Below are positions 18,031 through 37,478 of a stretch of 64,000 nt of DNA, piece after piece (position 1 is the stretch's first letter; each line of letters begins with the position of its first letter). The translations under genes were made by a program, and so were the position numbers. Source of the DNA: the human T2T-CHM13v2.0 reference genome, Homo sapiens. The stretch is from NCBI RefSeq assembly GCF_009914755.1, contig NC_060933.1, one strand, 5' to 3'. Below the pieces are notes generated by a model. That model was not told where the DNA came from, did not search any database, and saw nothing but the letters and a program-made list of their open reading frames with translations.

Positions 18031-18157
18031 GGATCCACATTCTTCAGCAGTGTGACGGTAGCTTTTGCACAGGAAGGGTGGAGGTGCCTCGTGTCTACTC
18101 CACGGGACAGGTTCAAGGAGGGGATACCAGGAAAGTCCAGGAGCCTTGTCCTACTAG
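18031..18157 (+). CDS. ZNF79: ZNF79 exon 3, degenerate KRAB-A box
   Basis: ttttcag acceptor and G|GTAAGG donor; 127 nt, the typical KRAB-A exon size; GSTFFSSVTVAFAQEGWRCLVSTPRDRFKEGIPGKSRSLVLLG aligns loosely to KRAB-A. Confidence 0.93.
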
Positions 18158-18848
18158 GTAAGGAAACTGTTTCTTTAAGATTTAGAATCACTCAATTCTG
18201 AAAATCTGTGGCACTTGCTTTCCAGCATGTAGGGGTTTCTGACTGGTGTGATGTACCAGAGGGATGGTGTTTATTCCTCTTGTTCTCTTGGGGAAGGTCT
18301 CTGCATGCTCACTTGGCAAATAGGCAGTTTCCCTTTGCTTTCTCTAAGGCTGCACCTCCCCATTCTCTCATTTCGCAGGAGGGGTGGGGTAACCCTCAGG
18401 TCATTTCCTCTATGTTCAGTACGTTTCCATCTTCCTAAATTGGGGACTTGGGAGTTTAGCTTAGCTCCCTGGCTTGACCCCTCCTTGAGGCTGTTTCCTA
18501 GCTCCTTCCAGAAACGTTTTATGTAGCCTTGGCATGGCTGGGTGAGGTGGCTCACACCTGTAATCCCAGCATTTTGGGAGGCCAAGGTGGAACAGTCACC
18601 TGAGACCAGCCTGAGGAACACAGTGAGACCCTGCCTCTAAAATTAAAAGGATGTTTAAAAAGACCTTGGCACCATGTCTCTTATGTACTGCTATAGCCCC
18701 TGGTGTAGGCACTAAGTAAGAGCTCAATAAGGATTTGTTGGCTGAATGAAATGAACAGTCCGACTGGCCTACTTGCTCTCTCCTGAGTTCTGGGTGGCTG
18801 TTCATACTTACTTACAATTTCTAAAGCCTGTTTTTTCCCGTTGAATAG

Positions 18849-18944
18849 GACTTCCAGTTTCCCAGCCTGGCATGAACTCCCAGTTGGAACAAAGGGAAGG
18901 CGCATGGATGCTGGAGGGCGAAGACCTGCGAAGTCCCTCTCCAG
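18849..18944 (+). CDS. ZNF79: ZNF79 exon 4, KRAB-B-like
   Basis: aatag acceptor and CAG|GTATGT donor; 96 nt; LPVSQPGMNSQLEQREGAWML resembles KRAB-B (KPdlIsqLEqgeePW). Confidence 0.92.
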
Positions 18945-19702
18945 GTATGTGAGCAAGCACTTAGCCAGTGGGAGTCTTGGGAGCAAAAGCGCCTTTAAAT
19001 CACACATGAGTGTATTTGATTATCATAACAACTGTGAGGTAGGCGCTATTACCCCCATTCTACAGATGAGGAAATGGAGCTGAGAAAGGCTGGCTCACTG
19101 GTTCAAAGCTTCACAGCTAGATAGTGGCAAGGCTGGGATTTGAAGCAAGCTCTGTCTGCCTCTAAAACACACTCTTCCTCACCTCATCCTTATGGAGGCT
19201 GCCAGGGCCAGGAGGTGTTTGGGGGCACGTGTGATGTTCCTGGCCTCTAAAGAGTATCCTTCCTTATTGTTGGGAAGCAAGAGTCATCTTTGCTGGCACA
19301 TTCCCTGCTTGGGGTCTCCCTCACTGAGGATCCTAGGTGCCACCTTTACCCATGCCACTGGGTGTCACAGTTCCTGCTGCCACCCCATCTGGCCCCTTAA
19401 TTCATTCTGCTCCTGCTTTCTCACTGCGTGGCCATGCCAGAATTTTCCAAAGGGCTGATACTAAGAAACTCAGGGAAAACAGAAGGAAAGGAGACCATAG
19501 TTTCCACTGCGTCTCTCTTACCACCCATGTACAGCTGCTCTCTCCCCTAATCTCTCTCAGCCTCTGCCTTGGTGCCACCTCTGGCAGGGCCTCAGCAGCT
19601 TTTCCCTGGGGACCCAGTCACTTTTGAATGTTTGAGACTTAAGACATCAAAGGTACAAATGAATTAAACCACTTTGAGGTGACAACATTTGACATGTTTC
19701 TA

Positions 19703-20154
<452 letters not shown>

Positions 20155-20457
20155 TTACCATCCTCTAAGCAGACTGTTGCATGTTACCTCCCCCTCATGG
20201 TGTGCCTGGCACTACTCATGCTTGTTGACACTGCCTGTGGCAGGGAGCCTCCCTGGCCCTGCTGCTTCCTTCTCTCAAGGCCCCCCCCCCGCTGCCTGGG
20301 CATCTCTGTGTTCTATATAGTCTATACAGAGGACTGAAGTCCTCTGTGGAGCTTCAGAAATTGAGAGCAGTGTTTAGTGGCGAGGGGAACAACTGCCTTT
20401 TTCTGGGAAGAGTGTTCATCATAGTCTCAGAGGGGTTCAAGACCCTGAAAAGGTCGC

Positions 20458-20870
20458 TGTATTAGTTTTTTGGGGCTCTCATAAGAAATAACCACAAACT
20501 GGGTGGACTAAAACAATAGCAGTTGATTCGCTCACAGTTCTGGAGGCTAGAGGTCTGAAACTGAGGTGTCAGCAGGCCTGGGCTCCCTCTGCAGGCTCTG
20601 GGAAGGATCTTCCTTGCCTCTTTCTAGTTTCCGGTGGTTGCCCGCAATCTTCGGCATTTGTTGGCTTTTAGCTGCATCACGCCAATCTCTGTCCCTGTCA
20701 GCATGTGGCATTCTCGATCTGTGTCTGGATTTCCTTCTTTTTAGGGCATTAAAATACCCCAATCCAGTGTGGCCTCATTTTAGCTTGATTACATCTACAA
20801 AGACCTTGTTTCCAAGCACAGACACATTCTGTATTTTGAGGTTGACATGATGTGGGGGCACTGTTCACCC
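20458..20870 (-). mobile_element. MLT1 (MLT1C-like) MaLR LTR
   Basis: TGTATTAGTT...ACCACAAACTGGGTGG...CTCACAGTTCTGGAGGCTAG... Confidence 0.7.
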
Positions 20871-20899
20871 CAGTACAGTGGCCCCAAAGGTTAAAATCA

Positions 20900-22186
<1,287 letters not shown>

Positions 22187-22809
22187 TCATATCTCAGTGA
22201 ATATGAAAGACACATAATCCCTGCTTGCCATGCATTAACTACATGGATTCCAGGCACACCACTGAATTATGTAGTCATGTTTCCATATATGAAAAATGTA
22301 GATGATAAAATCTTTCTTATTTCACCAATTAACATATATCTGAAAAAAGTTGTCAACTGTAGAGTTATATAAGCTATATGATAGTGAACAGAAGTCGTCA
22401 GGGGCAAGTTTCCACTCTAGCTATTAGAGGAGTTCAACATGGCCTCTGTTCTAACTCACAGCATGTCCTGGGCATCACTGTGCCTCTGAGGGCTGGGTTT
22501 GGGCCCTGGGTTATTCTACCCTACCCCTCCCAAGTGACAGACCCAGGAGTTGAAAGTGCCATTCTCCCTGCTGCTCACTTTAGGGACTTCTGTGGTGGGT
22601 GTTAACACTTTTGCAGACCCTGCTGGCCAGTTCTACTCATTCTGATTCATTGAATCATTCATCAATCAGCAAATGTGCCTTAAGCATTTGGTACATACCT
22701 GGCATCATTTTAGCTGCCATGGGTAATATGTATTCCCTTTGTTGAGTGGGGATGAAGACATAGTTTCTGCTTACATCTTCGTGAAGGACATAAACTGAGC
22801 AAACAATAA

Positions 22810-23017
<208 letters not shown>

Positions 23018-24707
23018 TAGCCAGGATGGTCTCGATCTCCTGACCTCGTGATCTGCCTGCCTCGGCCTCCCAAAGTGCTGGGATTACAGGCATGAGCCAC
23101 CGCGCCCGGCCCACTAATCTACTTTTTATGGTGATGAGTTGTGTGAAGAAAATAAAGCTGCGCAAGGGATTAGTGACTGGGGCACAAGGCTGAGTCGGGA
23201 ATAGAAGGGAGGGAGCTGTTTGGGAGCTGATGAAGAGGAAAGACTCTTTGGAGGTGACATGGGAGCCGAGATCTGAAGGAAGGGGATGAGCCAGCTGTTT
23301 GGAGGAGACCTAGGAGAGGAACATTCTGGGCCACAGCGTATGTTGAGACCTTAATGTGGGAATGAGCTTGCTTAAGGATTAGAAGACCTGTGTGGCCAGA
23401 GCTTAGTAAACACGAGGAAGAGTGGTGTGCAGGGGACAGATTGTGTGGGGCCACTGGAGCCATGGTAAGGCGTTTGGGTTTTAGTCACCTAAGAAAATAA
23501 GCCATTAAAGAGTTTTGATGCAGGGAAGGGATGAGATTTATGTTTGAAAAGAGTTCAGCATTTGGCAAGTGACACTGATGAAAAAAATGAAAAAGAATTC
23601 AGCGTTATGTGTGAAGAATGGACATTCGAGGCTCAGGCATGGGAGCGGGGAGGTCAGTTAGGAGGCGGCTCTTGCAGACATGGGAATGTGAGGTGATGGT
23701 GGCCTGTAAGAGAGGGGTCAGGACATATTTTGGTGTTAAAGCCAACAGGACTTGCTGGTGGATTGGATGTGAGATGTAGGGGAGGTGGCATTAAGGATGA
23801 CCCTAGGTTTTGGCCTGAACAGTTGGGTAAGTAGGAAGATTAACAAAGGCGCTGGGTTAAAAGGGAGATCAGTAGCTCTGTTTGGGGTGTGTCAGGCCTG
23901 AGATGTCATCAGACAGTCTTCTACTGGAGCCAGCACTCGAGAGAGGTGAGCTGAGGGACAGGCCATTTGTGAGCATCATGTGGTCCTCTGAATTGCCCCT
24001 TCTTCCCATGGCTTCTTGTCACTCTTCCTCTCCTTTTGATTTTTTTTTACTCAAATAGATGGTCTGCTTTTAAAAACTGTCAAACCCATAGATGATCGGA
24101 CCCCAAGTTACACAGAGACGCTCTCAGCCTGCAGTGGGGCCTCTGTGCTCTTGGTGGACTGGGGGCATTGGTGTGCACTTGCAGTTCTGAGGGAAGCCTA
24201 CTTAATGCTTTAGGATGGTTTATAAGGAGAAGGTACAGAATAACAAGAACCATGCAGATAGCACTTACTGTGTCTCAACTACCATTCTGGGTCCTTTATG
24301 TGTCTTAACTCATTTAATCCTCACAGTGATTCTGTGAGGGAGCTGCTTTCACAGGTGATAAATCCAAGGTTTCAAAAGATTACACAATTTTCCCAAAGTC
24401 ACAGAGCACGTAAGAGGTGGAGCCCAGATTTGAACCCAGCCAGTCTGGTTGAAGACTGTGTATAGAAATTCAAGGAAACAGTTGGGCGTGGTGGCTCACA
24501 CCTGTAATCCCAGCACTTTGGGAGTCTGAGGTAGGTGAATCACCTGAGGTCAGGAGTTCGAGACCAGCCTGACCAACATGTTGAAACCCCATCTCTACTA
24601 AAAATACAAAATTGGCTGGGTGCGGTGGCTCATGCCTGTAATCCCAGCACTTTGGGAGGCCGAGGCAGGCAGATCACAAGGTCAGAAGATCGAGACCATC
24701 CTGGCTA

Positions 24708-25065
<358 letters not shown>

Positions 25066-25082
25066 TTAGGCCGGGTGTGCTA

Positions 25083-26560
<1,478 letters not shown>

Positions 26561-26663
26561 AAAGGAGGTGGCTGGGCGCGGTGGCTCACGCCTGTAATCC
26601 CAGTACTTTGGGAGGCCGAGGCGGGTGGATCACGAGGTCAGGAAATCGAGACTATCCTGGCTA

Positions 26664-28146
<1,483 letters not shown>

Positions 28147-28292
28147 CTAGGAACATGGTAGAAGTGGAGAGAGTCCCGGACATGCCGACTCAGGACAGGT
28201 GGGTGAGGATCTGAGAAATGCTAAAGGCTTGAAAGCATCTGAAGACATCTAACTTAGAGTCTGCAGCCCAGAGCCACATGCAAAACACCTTC

Positions 28293-28298
28293 AATAAA
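28293..28298 (+). terminator. ZNF79: ZNF79 polyadenylation signal AATAAA
   Basis: First AATAAA, about 147 nt after the stop codon. Confidence 0.7.
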
Positions 28299-28880
28299 CA
28301 GCCACTATTTCACATGCTGTATATGGACGCTCAGCTCTCCATCAAAAGATCAGGGCTCCACTCAATTGCAGGTTTGCCTTTATTCAGGTAGTGGGCCAAA
28401 GCACTTTATTTGGTAAGCAATCCAGAAACCTGAGTTTATTCAGAGTAAGTGACCAAATCAATGAGTAAAAGAACTTGGCTCCTACATCAAAGCCAAGTCT
28501 TTGGGCAATGCTGGCAGTTTCTCCTGGAAGTAATGAGAAATGTTGTGAAAGAACTCAGCGCATTGGCCAGAAATGATTGAAAAACCATCAAATTTGGGGC
28601 AGCAGGAGGTGTAAATACAAGTGAGAAAAGGGATTCTAGAGCCACCTATGAAATACCACAATCTCCTTGAGGTGGGGAACATTCCTTGATGTTCCAAAAC
28701 TGAGAAAAGCACACCCAGGGCCAGTCTTTGTAGAGTTTGTTGCTGTTAAGAGCCCACCCAGGCAGATCACAAGGTCAGGAGTTTGAGACCAGCCTGACCA
28801 ACATGGTGAAACCCCATCTCTACTAAAAATACAAAAACTTGCCCGGTATGGTGGCATGTGCCTATAATCCCAGCTACTCA

Positions 28881-28982
<102 letters not shown>

Positions 28983-30644
28983 TCAACAAAAAAAGAGCAC
29001 ACACATCTCAACAAAAAAAGAGGCTACTGGTGTTGAGGGTAGAGCGTGCTGCTAATGAACCAAGAGGCACATCCTTTTCCATGGAGAATAGGAAGCCCCG
29101 AGAATGGGGAGGTGTGTGACAGCCATGCTGGACTCAGAGGCAGGTGTCATAAACTGCCCCAGGCTCCTCATTCTCCCTTCTCCCTCATGGAGAACAGTTG
29201 TGTTCCCCTTGTATTATAGATCCAGATTTTTGCCTTTGGCCTGCTTACTGTCTGTTTCCTTGGTGACTTGGTAGTCCCTTCTAGGACACTGGAATGCTTT
29301 TGTGCCAGCCCCTCACTCTCGTCACCTAGGCTGGAGTGCAGTGGTACAATCATAGCTTGCTGAAGTCTCCACTCCTGCACCCTCCTACCTCAGCATCCTA
29401 AGTAGCCAGGCACACACACCACCATACCCAGCTAGTTTTTTGGAGAAAAGTGTCTGGCTATGTTGCCCAGGCTGGTCTTAATTCCTGACCTCAAGGAATG
29501 CTCCTGCCACAGCCTCCCAAAGTGCTGGGATTGAGGCACAAGCCACTGTATCTGAAATAGAATCCTATCCCTAACTCAGGAGGTCCAGGTAGTCAGTCTT
29601 TTCCACTTAAGGCAGTTCTCCAACCTGAGGTGACATAAAAGCACTGATCTAGAGACACTGGCAAAAACTAATGTGCAAAGAAATGAGTCATATAGGGGAA
29701 ATCAATTTCTCTGGGCTACAACTTCCAACTCCCTTTACTCCAGTACCCAGAATCCTCTCCCAGGTGGTGCTTCAAGCTGCTCAGGAGTGCTTTAGGGTTC
29801 ATCGCAAAACAAAAGGGAGTGATGAACACAGGCTCTATAAAGTTCATCAGAAGGAACAGAACTGTGGGAAGATGAGACTTGAGAAACGTGAGACAGCAGA
29901 AAATACTTTAAGCCACATGAGTTCAGAGGAAAGGTTGGAGTAACAGTTTATAGTTACTTCAACAGATGATGTGAACCTCACTTTCACAGGACCAAAGAAT
30001 TAGTCCAGGACTCGGAGAGTGGTCAGGTCAGTGGTTCTGAGCCCTGGCTGTGCACTGGAATGGCTAGCAAAATGGATCCTGGGCCCCCAACCCACTCATA
30101 ACTTCAGTTGGTCGGGGATGGAGAGCTACACTCCCCATGTGTTCCGGTTTTGTTAGAGCATTTCTTAGGAAAGGCTTCATGATAGTCTACAAAAAGTGCT
30201 TCCTGGCCAGGCATGGTGGCTCATGCCTATAATCCCAACACTTTGGGAGGCCAAAGGCAGGCGTATCAAGAGGTCAGGAGTTGACCTGACCAACATGGAG
30301 AAACCCCGTCTTTTAGCACGTGCCTGTAATCCCAGCTACTTAGGAGGCTGAGGCTGGAGAATTGCTTGACTCTAGAAGGCAGAGGTTGTGGTGAGCCGAG
30401 ATTGCACCATTGCACTCCAGCCTGGGCAACGAGCGAAACTCTGTCTCAAAAAAAAAAAAAGGAAAGAAAGGCTTCCTTTCTGAGCTCAGCCCAGCCCATA
30501 CAGGGCAGTTTTGTTACCCACCACAAGGTGCTTGTTACTTCTCCACAGGTTCTGCCACCCTGACCCCACTGACCACCCCACAAAGGAGCTAGCTCCCTCA
30601 AGGAAGACGCCACACCAGAAAATCCACCAGTTGTCAAATGATCC

Positions 30645-30650
30645 TTTATT
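30645..30650 (-). terminator. RPL12: RPL12 polyadenylation signal AATAAA
   Basis: TTTATT on the plus strand about 20 nt past the stop, with GT-rich sequence further downstream on the minus strand. Confidence 0.88.
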
Positions 30651-30669
30651 GAAATGTTTTCCTTTGTGC

Positions 30670-30675
30670 TTAACT
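30670..30675 (-). CDS. RPL12: RPL12 exon 7 coding part (Ser + TAA)
   Basis: Long polypyrimidine tract then ccacag|AGT TAA; total CDS is 498 nt (165 aa). Confidence 0.93.
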   Translation of the reverse strand, partial: S

Positions 30676-30720
30676 CTGTGGGAAAGAAAAAAAAAATCAG
30701 TAAAAAGTTTAAAAGGATTA

Positions 30721-30975
<255 letters not shown>

Positions 30976-31235
30976 TCAGTCCCTCACAATCTGCAGATAC
31001 TGGGGAATACTGAAGGGGTTCATAGCAGGCAATGGAAGGAATGAGGTTCCTGCTCCCCTAATATAGAATATAGAGTTCCATCTAGTTCCATAACCCGGAA
31101 TGCAAAGCTTCCATGGGTCCTTGATGCCCAGATTAAACACATCCAATTTACGATCCATCCTTTCAGTCCCAGAAAACTGCACCCCATCTTGGGTCTCACT
31201 GAGCACCCTTCAAGTAAGAAGAATGTTATCACTCA

Positions 31236-31424
<189 letters not shown>

Positions 31425-31449
31425 TCATGTGTCCTTCATTTCATTTCTA

Positions 31450-31586
31450 GGCTGTTCCCATGCTTTCGGCACAGAGTCATCCACATGAAGAACAACCCTG
31501 TTTCCTAAGCTGGGGTTTACTATCAGCTCACCACTGGATTGCACCAGCCAACAGAGACCTGGTCAGGTGCAGTGGCGGGTGGCTGA
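31450..31586 (-). ncRNA. SNORA65: H/ACA box snoRNA U65 in RPL12 intron 4
   Basis: About 137 nt; H box ATAGTA (31518-31523) and ACA box (31453-31455) 3 nt from the 3' end; sequence TCAGCCACCCGCCACTGCACCTGACC... recognised as U65, a known RPL12-hosted guide for 28S rRNA pseudouridylation. Confidence 0.92.
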
Positions 31587-31800
31587 GGGCAAAACCAAGC
31601 CTTCACAAATCTGACGTGGCAGAAACTGTTTTAGAGAAATGACAAGCTTAAATTGCCAGGGAGTTAAACTGCCCAGTACCTGCCACCTGTATGTGGTCTC
31701 CTGATTATAGGTCATTATTGCTGACATCTTCCTCCCACATGCACTGATTGGGGCCTGCCCCACACAGGGACTACATGGCACTTTTTTTTTTTTTTTTTGA

Positions 31801-31905
<105 letters not shown>

Positions 31906-32230
31906 TGAGTAGCCAGGTCTACAGGCGAGCACCACCAGGCTAATTTTGTATTTTTTGGTGGAGATGGGGTTTCACCATGTTGGCCAGGCTGGTCTCGAAC
32001 TCCTGATCTCAACTGATCCACCCGCCTCAGCCTCCCAGTGCTGGGATTACAGGTGTGAGCCACCCAGCATACGTGGCACTTTTTCATACTACCTGGCTCT
32101 AGCAGCCCTAACCATATCAACACCCAATACCCATGTCAACCCCAGGTTTCCTTTAAGGGAAAACACAGCCACATATATCAAACATCTCACAAACCATTAC
32201 CAAAACCAAACTAGGGAAAAGACAACTTAC

Positions 32231-32312
32231 TGTTTTTCTGTTTCTTTCTGTCTCTTGGTGGTTCCTTGAGGGCTTTGATGATCAGGGCAGAGGCAGAAGG
32301 CACCACCTCAAT
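32231..32312 (-). CDS. RPL12: RPL12 exon 4 ([27 protein letters not shown])
   Basis: ctgcag acceptor and GTAAGT donor, 82 nt. Confidence 0.97.
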
Positions 32313-32493
32313 CTGCAGAAGAGATTCCTGAGTGAATACTCCACCTCCAGTGAATACTGCCATGCACGCTGGCTCTCAAAAATCATGGCCACACACTGTC
32401 CAAGTCTTTGCCCTAGGTCCGTACTCTTGACAAAGCCTCCCCAACAAGGTGAAATCACTCTCGGCTCACCACTGGTGGCAGAAATACTCTTCA

Positions 32494-32658
<165 letters not shown>

Positions 32659-33566
32659 CTAGAAATAAAGGCATGTAATCAACATGGTGTCCAGAGGTGA
32701 ACCACAGCCTTGAAACCTGCCCACCACTTCTCACTTGGCAACAAAGGAAGCTATCTCAAGTACCTAAGGGCACCTTCTCAATCAGAGCACAGCTATCACC
32801 ATAGCATAAATTGGGGGTTGGGGTTCTTGTCCAGAACTGTAAACTGCAGACTTGGCCACAATGTAACCTAGACCCCCTCCTAAGTGCCCATGTGCTTAAG
32901 GAGGGGGATTTTCAGCCCTGCTGACATTAGAATCACCTAAGGAGCTTTCAAAATACTAGGCTCCCATGTCAGACCACCCACGTCCATCTTCCTGGATGGA
33001 GGTCTGATTATTTGCTACTCTGAAGTTCTCCTCCTCTAGTAATCCTTAGCCTCAACAGGAGGCTAAGTGTCCCTTAAGTGCCAGCTAACGGCCAAGGAAG
33101 AATAGTTAAGATACAGGTTAAAAAAGACCAATGGGGAAGAGCATTTGGGGCAGGGGAGCACTGTGCAAGGATTAAATAAAGGCCTAATGAAATTCAGAGA
33201 AATCCAAGAGGACAGAATGACGGGGAAGCCAGCAGTTGCTCAGCAGGCATGAGACACAGCCTGCCACATTAACTGCTAGGTTTACATCTACAACACAGCT
33301 GGAAACGCTCACTGGATCTTCACCCACACCCCGTTTAATCTCCCAACAACGCCATGCCCACTTCCTGACGAGGAAATACAGATGTTGGCTGCCCAATGTC
33401 TCTAAGCCAGTCCTAACTTCAAAACTCCCCCTTGGGCCCACCCCTCAGGTACACTAAAGCAGCAGTGGAGACACATGGAGCTAATTACAATTTAAAGGCA
33501 CCAGGTTCGATTTTTCACACACGACCTTCCTAAGGTACCTAGTACTAGTTCAGTGGCTCAGGCCTA

Positions 33567-33995
<429 letters not shown>

Positions 33996-34230
33996 TTACC
34001 CTAGGGCGTGCGGGCTCCCAAGCCGCCACAGGTGGTCCAGTCCTCCCTCCCCACCTACACGTGAAGAAGCTAAGGCCCAGAAAGGCTGAGGCTTGGCCGG
34101 GGCGGCGCAACACCGGGAAGGTCTCTGGGAGGCAGCGGCTTTAAGAGCCCCATACGGGGAAAGCTTTGCACGCGCGGCGGGGCCGAGGGATGCTCCATCC
34201 CGCAGCCCCGGCCACAACCAGAGCACGCAC

Positions 34231-34267
34231 CGACTTTGATCTCGTTGGGGTCGAACTTCGGCGGCAT
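34231..34267 (-). CDS. RPL12: RPL12 (uL11) coding exon 1 (MPPKFDPNEIKV)
   Basis: tccaccATG Kozak context; recognised RPL12 N-terminus; G|GTGCGT donor. Confidence 0.97.
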
Positions 34268-34510
34268 GGTGGAGGCGGCTGGTGTCGGATGAACCCGGAT
34301 TCGGGACGACCGAAGGAAGTTGCACCTTGGCCTCCTCCGAGCCGAAAGCCGAGAGGCCGGAAATCGCGCGGACAAGCCAGATATAGGCAGGAAAACGCGG
34401 CTATCGCGAGAACTGTCGTCACTGCCCGGCCTTCCAGAGACGCCCTTGTCGCCATGTTTGTTGTGGGCAGGCGCCTGAGGCTGACGGCTGGCAAGCAGGG
34501 CACCGCGGTG
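34268..34510. promoter_or_regulatory. Bidirectional RPL12/LRSAM1 core promoter within a CpG island
   Basis: RPL12 TCT/5'TOP-like start CCTCTCGGCTTTC (~34344-34356, minus), TATA-like TATAT about 28 nt upstream (34381-34385), ETS-like CCGGAAAT (34357-34364), TATCGCGAGA (34402-34411), YY1-like CGCCATGTT (34450-34458). Confidence 0.85.
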
Positions 34511-35947
34511 CGCTGAAGCTAGAGATTCCGAAAGGGGGTTCGGGTAGTTCGCTCCGGAGAAGTCTGAGAAGGGTGGCTCCGGTGATCCCAGCCCTAGCTG
34601 TTTCCCATATTCCTTTATCGTGAGTGTCACCCCGGTCCCCGTCACCCAATCCCAGAGCCCCGCCCCTCCCCTGAGGGGTCCGTAGTCCCATTCCGAGACC
34701 CCAGTACCGCGGCGACCCCTGCTCCCTCGAGCACTTGTTGTGTGCACTTTAGTTATCAAAACAGTCTATGTGGAAATCCAGTCCCGCTCTTCATTCGGAG
34801 AGTCCGCGATTCCTAGAGCCTCAGACTTCGTCATCCCGGTCTGCGTGACTTTATGAGATTCTGAGTTTCTGTTCCCAGCACCTGCCTTTGAAGGAGACCA
34901 GACTCCGGCTCCGCCCGGCCCGTGCCGGGTGGTCTGCGGCCCCGAGTCCGTGACCAAGCCCTCCGAGTGATCGGCCTGCCCTCGGGTGCACCCGCGGGTC
35001 CCAACGTGGGGGATCCCTCCATCCGCAAAGCCAGGTCAGCCACTGCCCACCCCACCCCAGGAAATATGGGTGTGGCCCTCCCCCCGCATCTAGGCTGGAC
35101 GTCGGAGAGGGAGGGACAGGCATGTGGGGCAGCCTGGAAAGAACTGATCTTCGGGGAGGGGTGGGAGAGCGATGGTGGTTGGGAGGAAGTGGGGAGGGCT
35201 GCACATCAGGAAGGGGGTGCAAGAGGGTTAGTGATTGGGGAGCAGAAGGGTAAGTGCTGGTCATCAGGGACGGATGGGGGAGGGCTGTTTTCAAACCATT
35301 CCCCATCCTTGCAGGCAGGTGGGGTGACAAGAGGGCCTGAACTGGCTCTGCAGGCCTGGCTGCCTCCCCAGACAGCCCCGCCCCCGTGGGTGCAGAGCTG
35401 CCATCTTTGCCCATCCCTCTGAGGACTGGGTGTATGTCTTCTTCAACTGCATCTCCTCCCATGACTATCTTCTCCCTAGCTCCTCTAGCGGGCCCTGAAT
35501 CAATGTTGCTTGCATGTGGGTTGCTTTGTGGCTAACATTTATTGAGCGCTCATGTGCCAGGTACTGTACTAGGGGCTTGACATACATGAAGTCGCTGGAT
35601 CCTCATAGAAGCCAGTGTTGGTAGCATGGTTACTCACACTTTACAGATGAGGAAACTGAGGCTCTGAGAGGTGAACCAAGGTGACCTCTGCAGTTGTGGG
35701 TGGCAGATTTCGGATTCAAACCCAGTTCTCTTTTCATCCCAAAGCCTGTGCTGCTCACCATGCACTTCCCTGGGTGATTGCCTCCTGGCTCATTGCCATC
35801 CCTTATCCAGCTCTGGTATTTACAGACACTGTGCAGGCCCTGGGCAGGCAGTGAGCACCTGGCTCTGAGTTCAGGACAGTGTACTTCGTGTGTGCCAAGT
35901 TATGTGAGCACCAAGCAGTTGGGCAAATCCCATAGGTCAGGACTTGA

Positions 35948-36382
<435 letters not shown>

Positions 36383-36771
36383 TGAGGGTGGTAAGCTGAG
36401 AATTGCTTTTTAATTTGTATTCACCGCAGAGGTCTCTTTGGTCATGATGTAGTTGAGCTCCCTGAGGTCCTGGCTGGCTCTGGATTGCTCCTGCTGATCC
36501 TGCTCTGACAGCGTTTGGGGGGCTAGAAGTGATTCATTGGCAGAGTCTGTTAGAGTCCTCAAAGAACAGCCTTGGAAAGCACCTGAGGAAACGTCTCTAA
36601 GTTTCCCTAGAACAGGAAAAGGATAATGCCAAGGCCTCACTATGGGTCGGTGGCAAATATGGGCCCCAACCCAGGTCATCTGGCTTGTCTGTCTCCACCT
36701 CATCCTGCTGCTCAATGTTTAGTCAACAAAGAACAAGGAGTACTGAGTGCCTGCTGTGGGCTCAGGACACA

Positions 36772-37342
36772 GATGGAAGAACTAGAAAGACTCAGCCCCT
36801 CACCTCATGGAATTCACTAGAAAGATGTGGCCCCTGACCCCATGGAACTCACTAGAAAGATGTGGCCCCTGCCCCCATGGAACTCCATGAAACTAGGAAG
36901 ACGCAGTCCCTGGCTCCATGGAACTCGCTAGAAAGACACTGACCCTTACCCCATGGAACTCACTAGAAAGACACAGCCCCTGCCTCCATGGAACTCAATA
37001 GAAAGACGCAGCCCCTGCCCCCGTGGAACTCACTAGAAAGACGCAGCCCCTGCCCCCGTGGAACTCACTAGAAAGACGCAGCCCCTGCCCCCGTGGAACT
37101 CACTAGAAAGACGCAGCCCCTGCCTCCGTGAAACTCACTAGAAAGACGCTGTCCCTGACCCCGTGGAACTCACTGGAAAGTCGCAGCCTCTGCCCCCGTG
37201 GAACTCACTAAAAAGATGCAGCCTCTGCCCCCATGGAACTCACTAGAAAGTTGCTGCCTCCATGGAACTCTCTAGAAAGACCCAGCCGCTGCCTCCGTGG
37301 AACTCACTAGGGAGACACAGCCCCTGCCTCCATGGAACTCAT
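36772..37342. repeat. 35-bp minisatellite/VNTR, about 16-17 copies (CCGTGGAACTCACTAGAAAGACGCAGCCCCTGCCC)
   Basis: Units start at 37021, 37056 and 37091 (period 35); flanking units are more degenerate. Confidence 0.93.
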
Positions 37343-37478
37343 GGTCCAGCAGACCAGCTGCATGCTCTGTGTTACTGCACTACCTGTCCCGGGTGTTGGG
37401 GGCTGTGACAAATTCCCCAGTCCCTAACTTCTCTCCTGTGCCCCAGGGTCCTAAAGATCGCTCTGGGAAAAGGGAAGG

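Noticed and set aside
34070-35462. Long ORFs (229, 203 and 166 aa) across the RPL12/LRSAM1 CpG island
   Set aside because: GC-rich, stop-poor sequence; the 229-aa ORF starts upstream of the RPL12 TSS and only borrows exon 1; no recognisable domains
36772-37342. 35-bp repeat array as a CRISPR-like locus
   Set aside because: The units are head-to-tail with no unique spacers and no cas genes, in a human intron; it is a minisatellite
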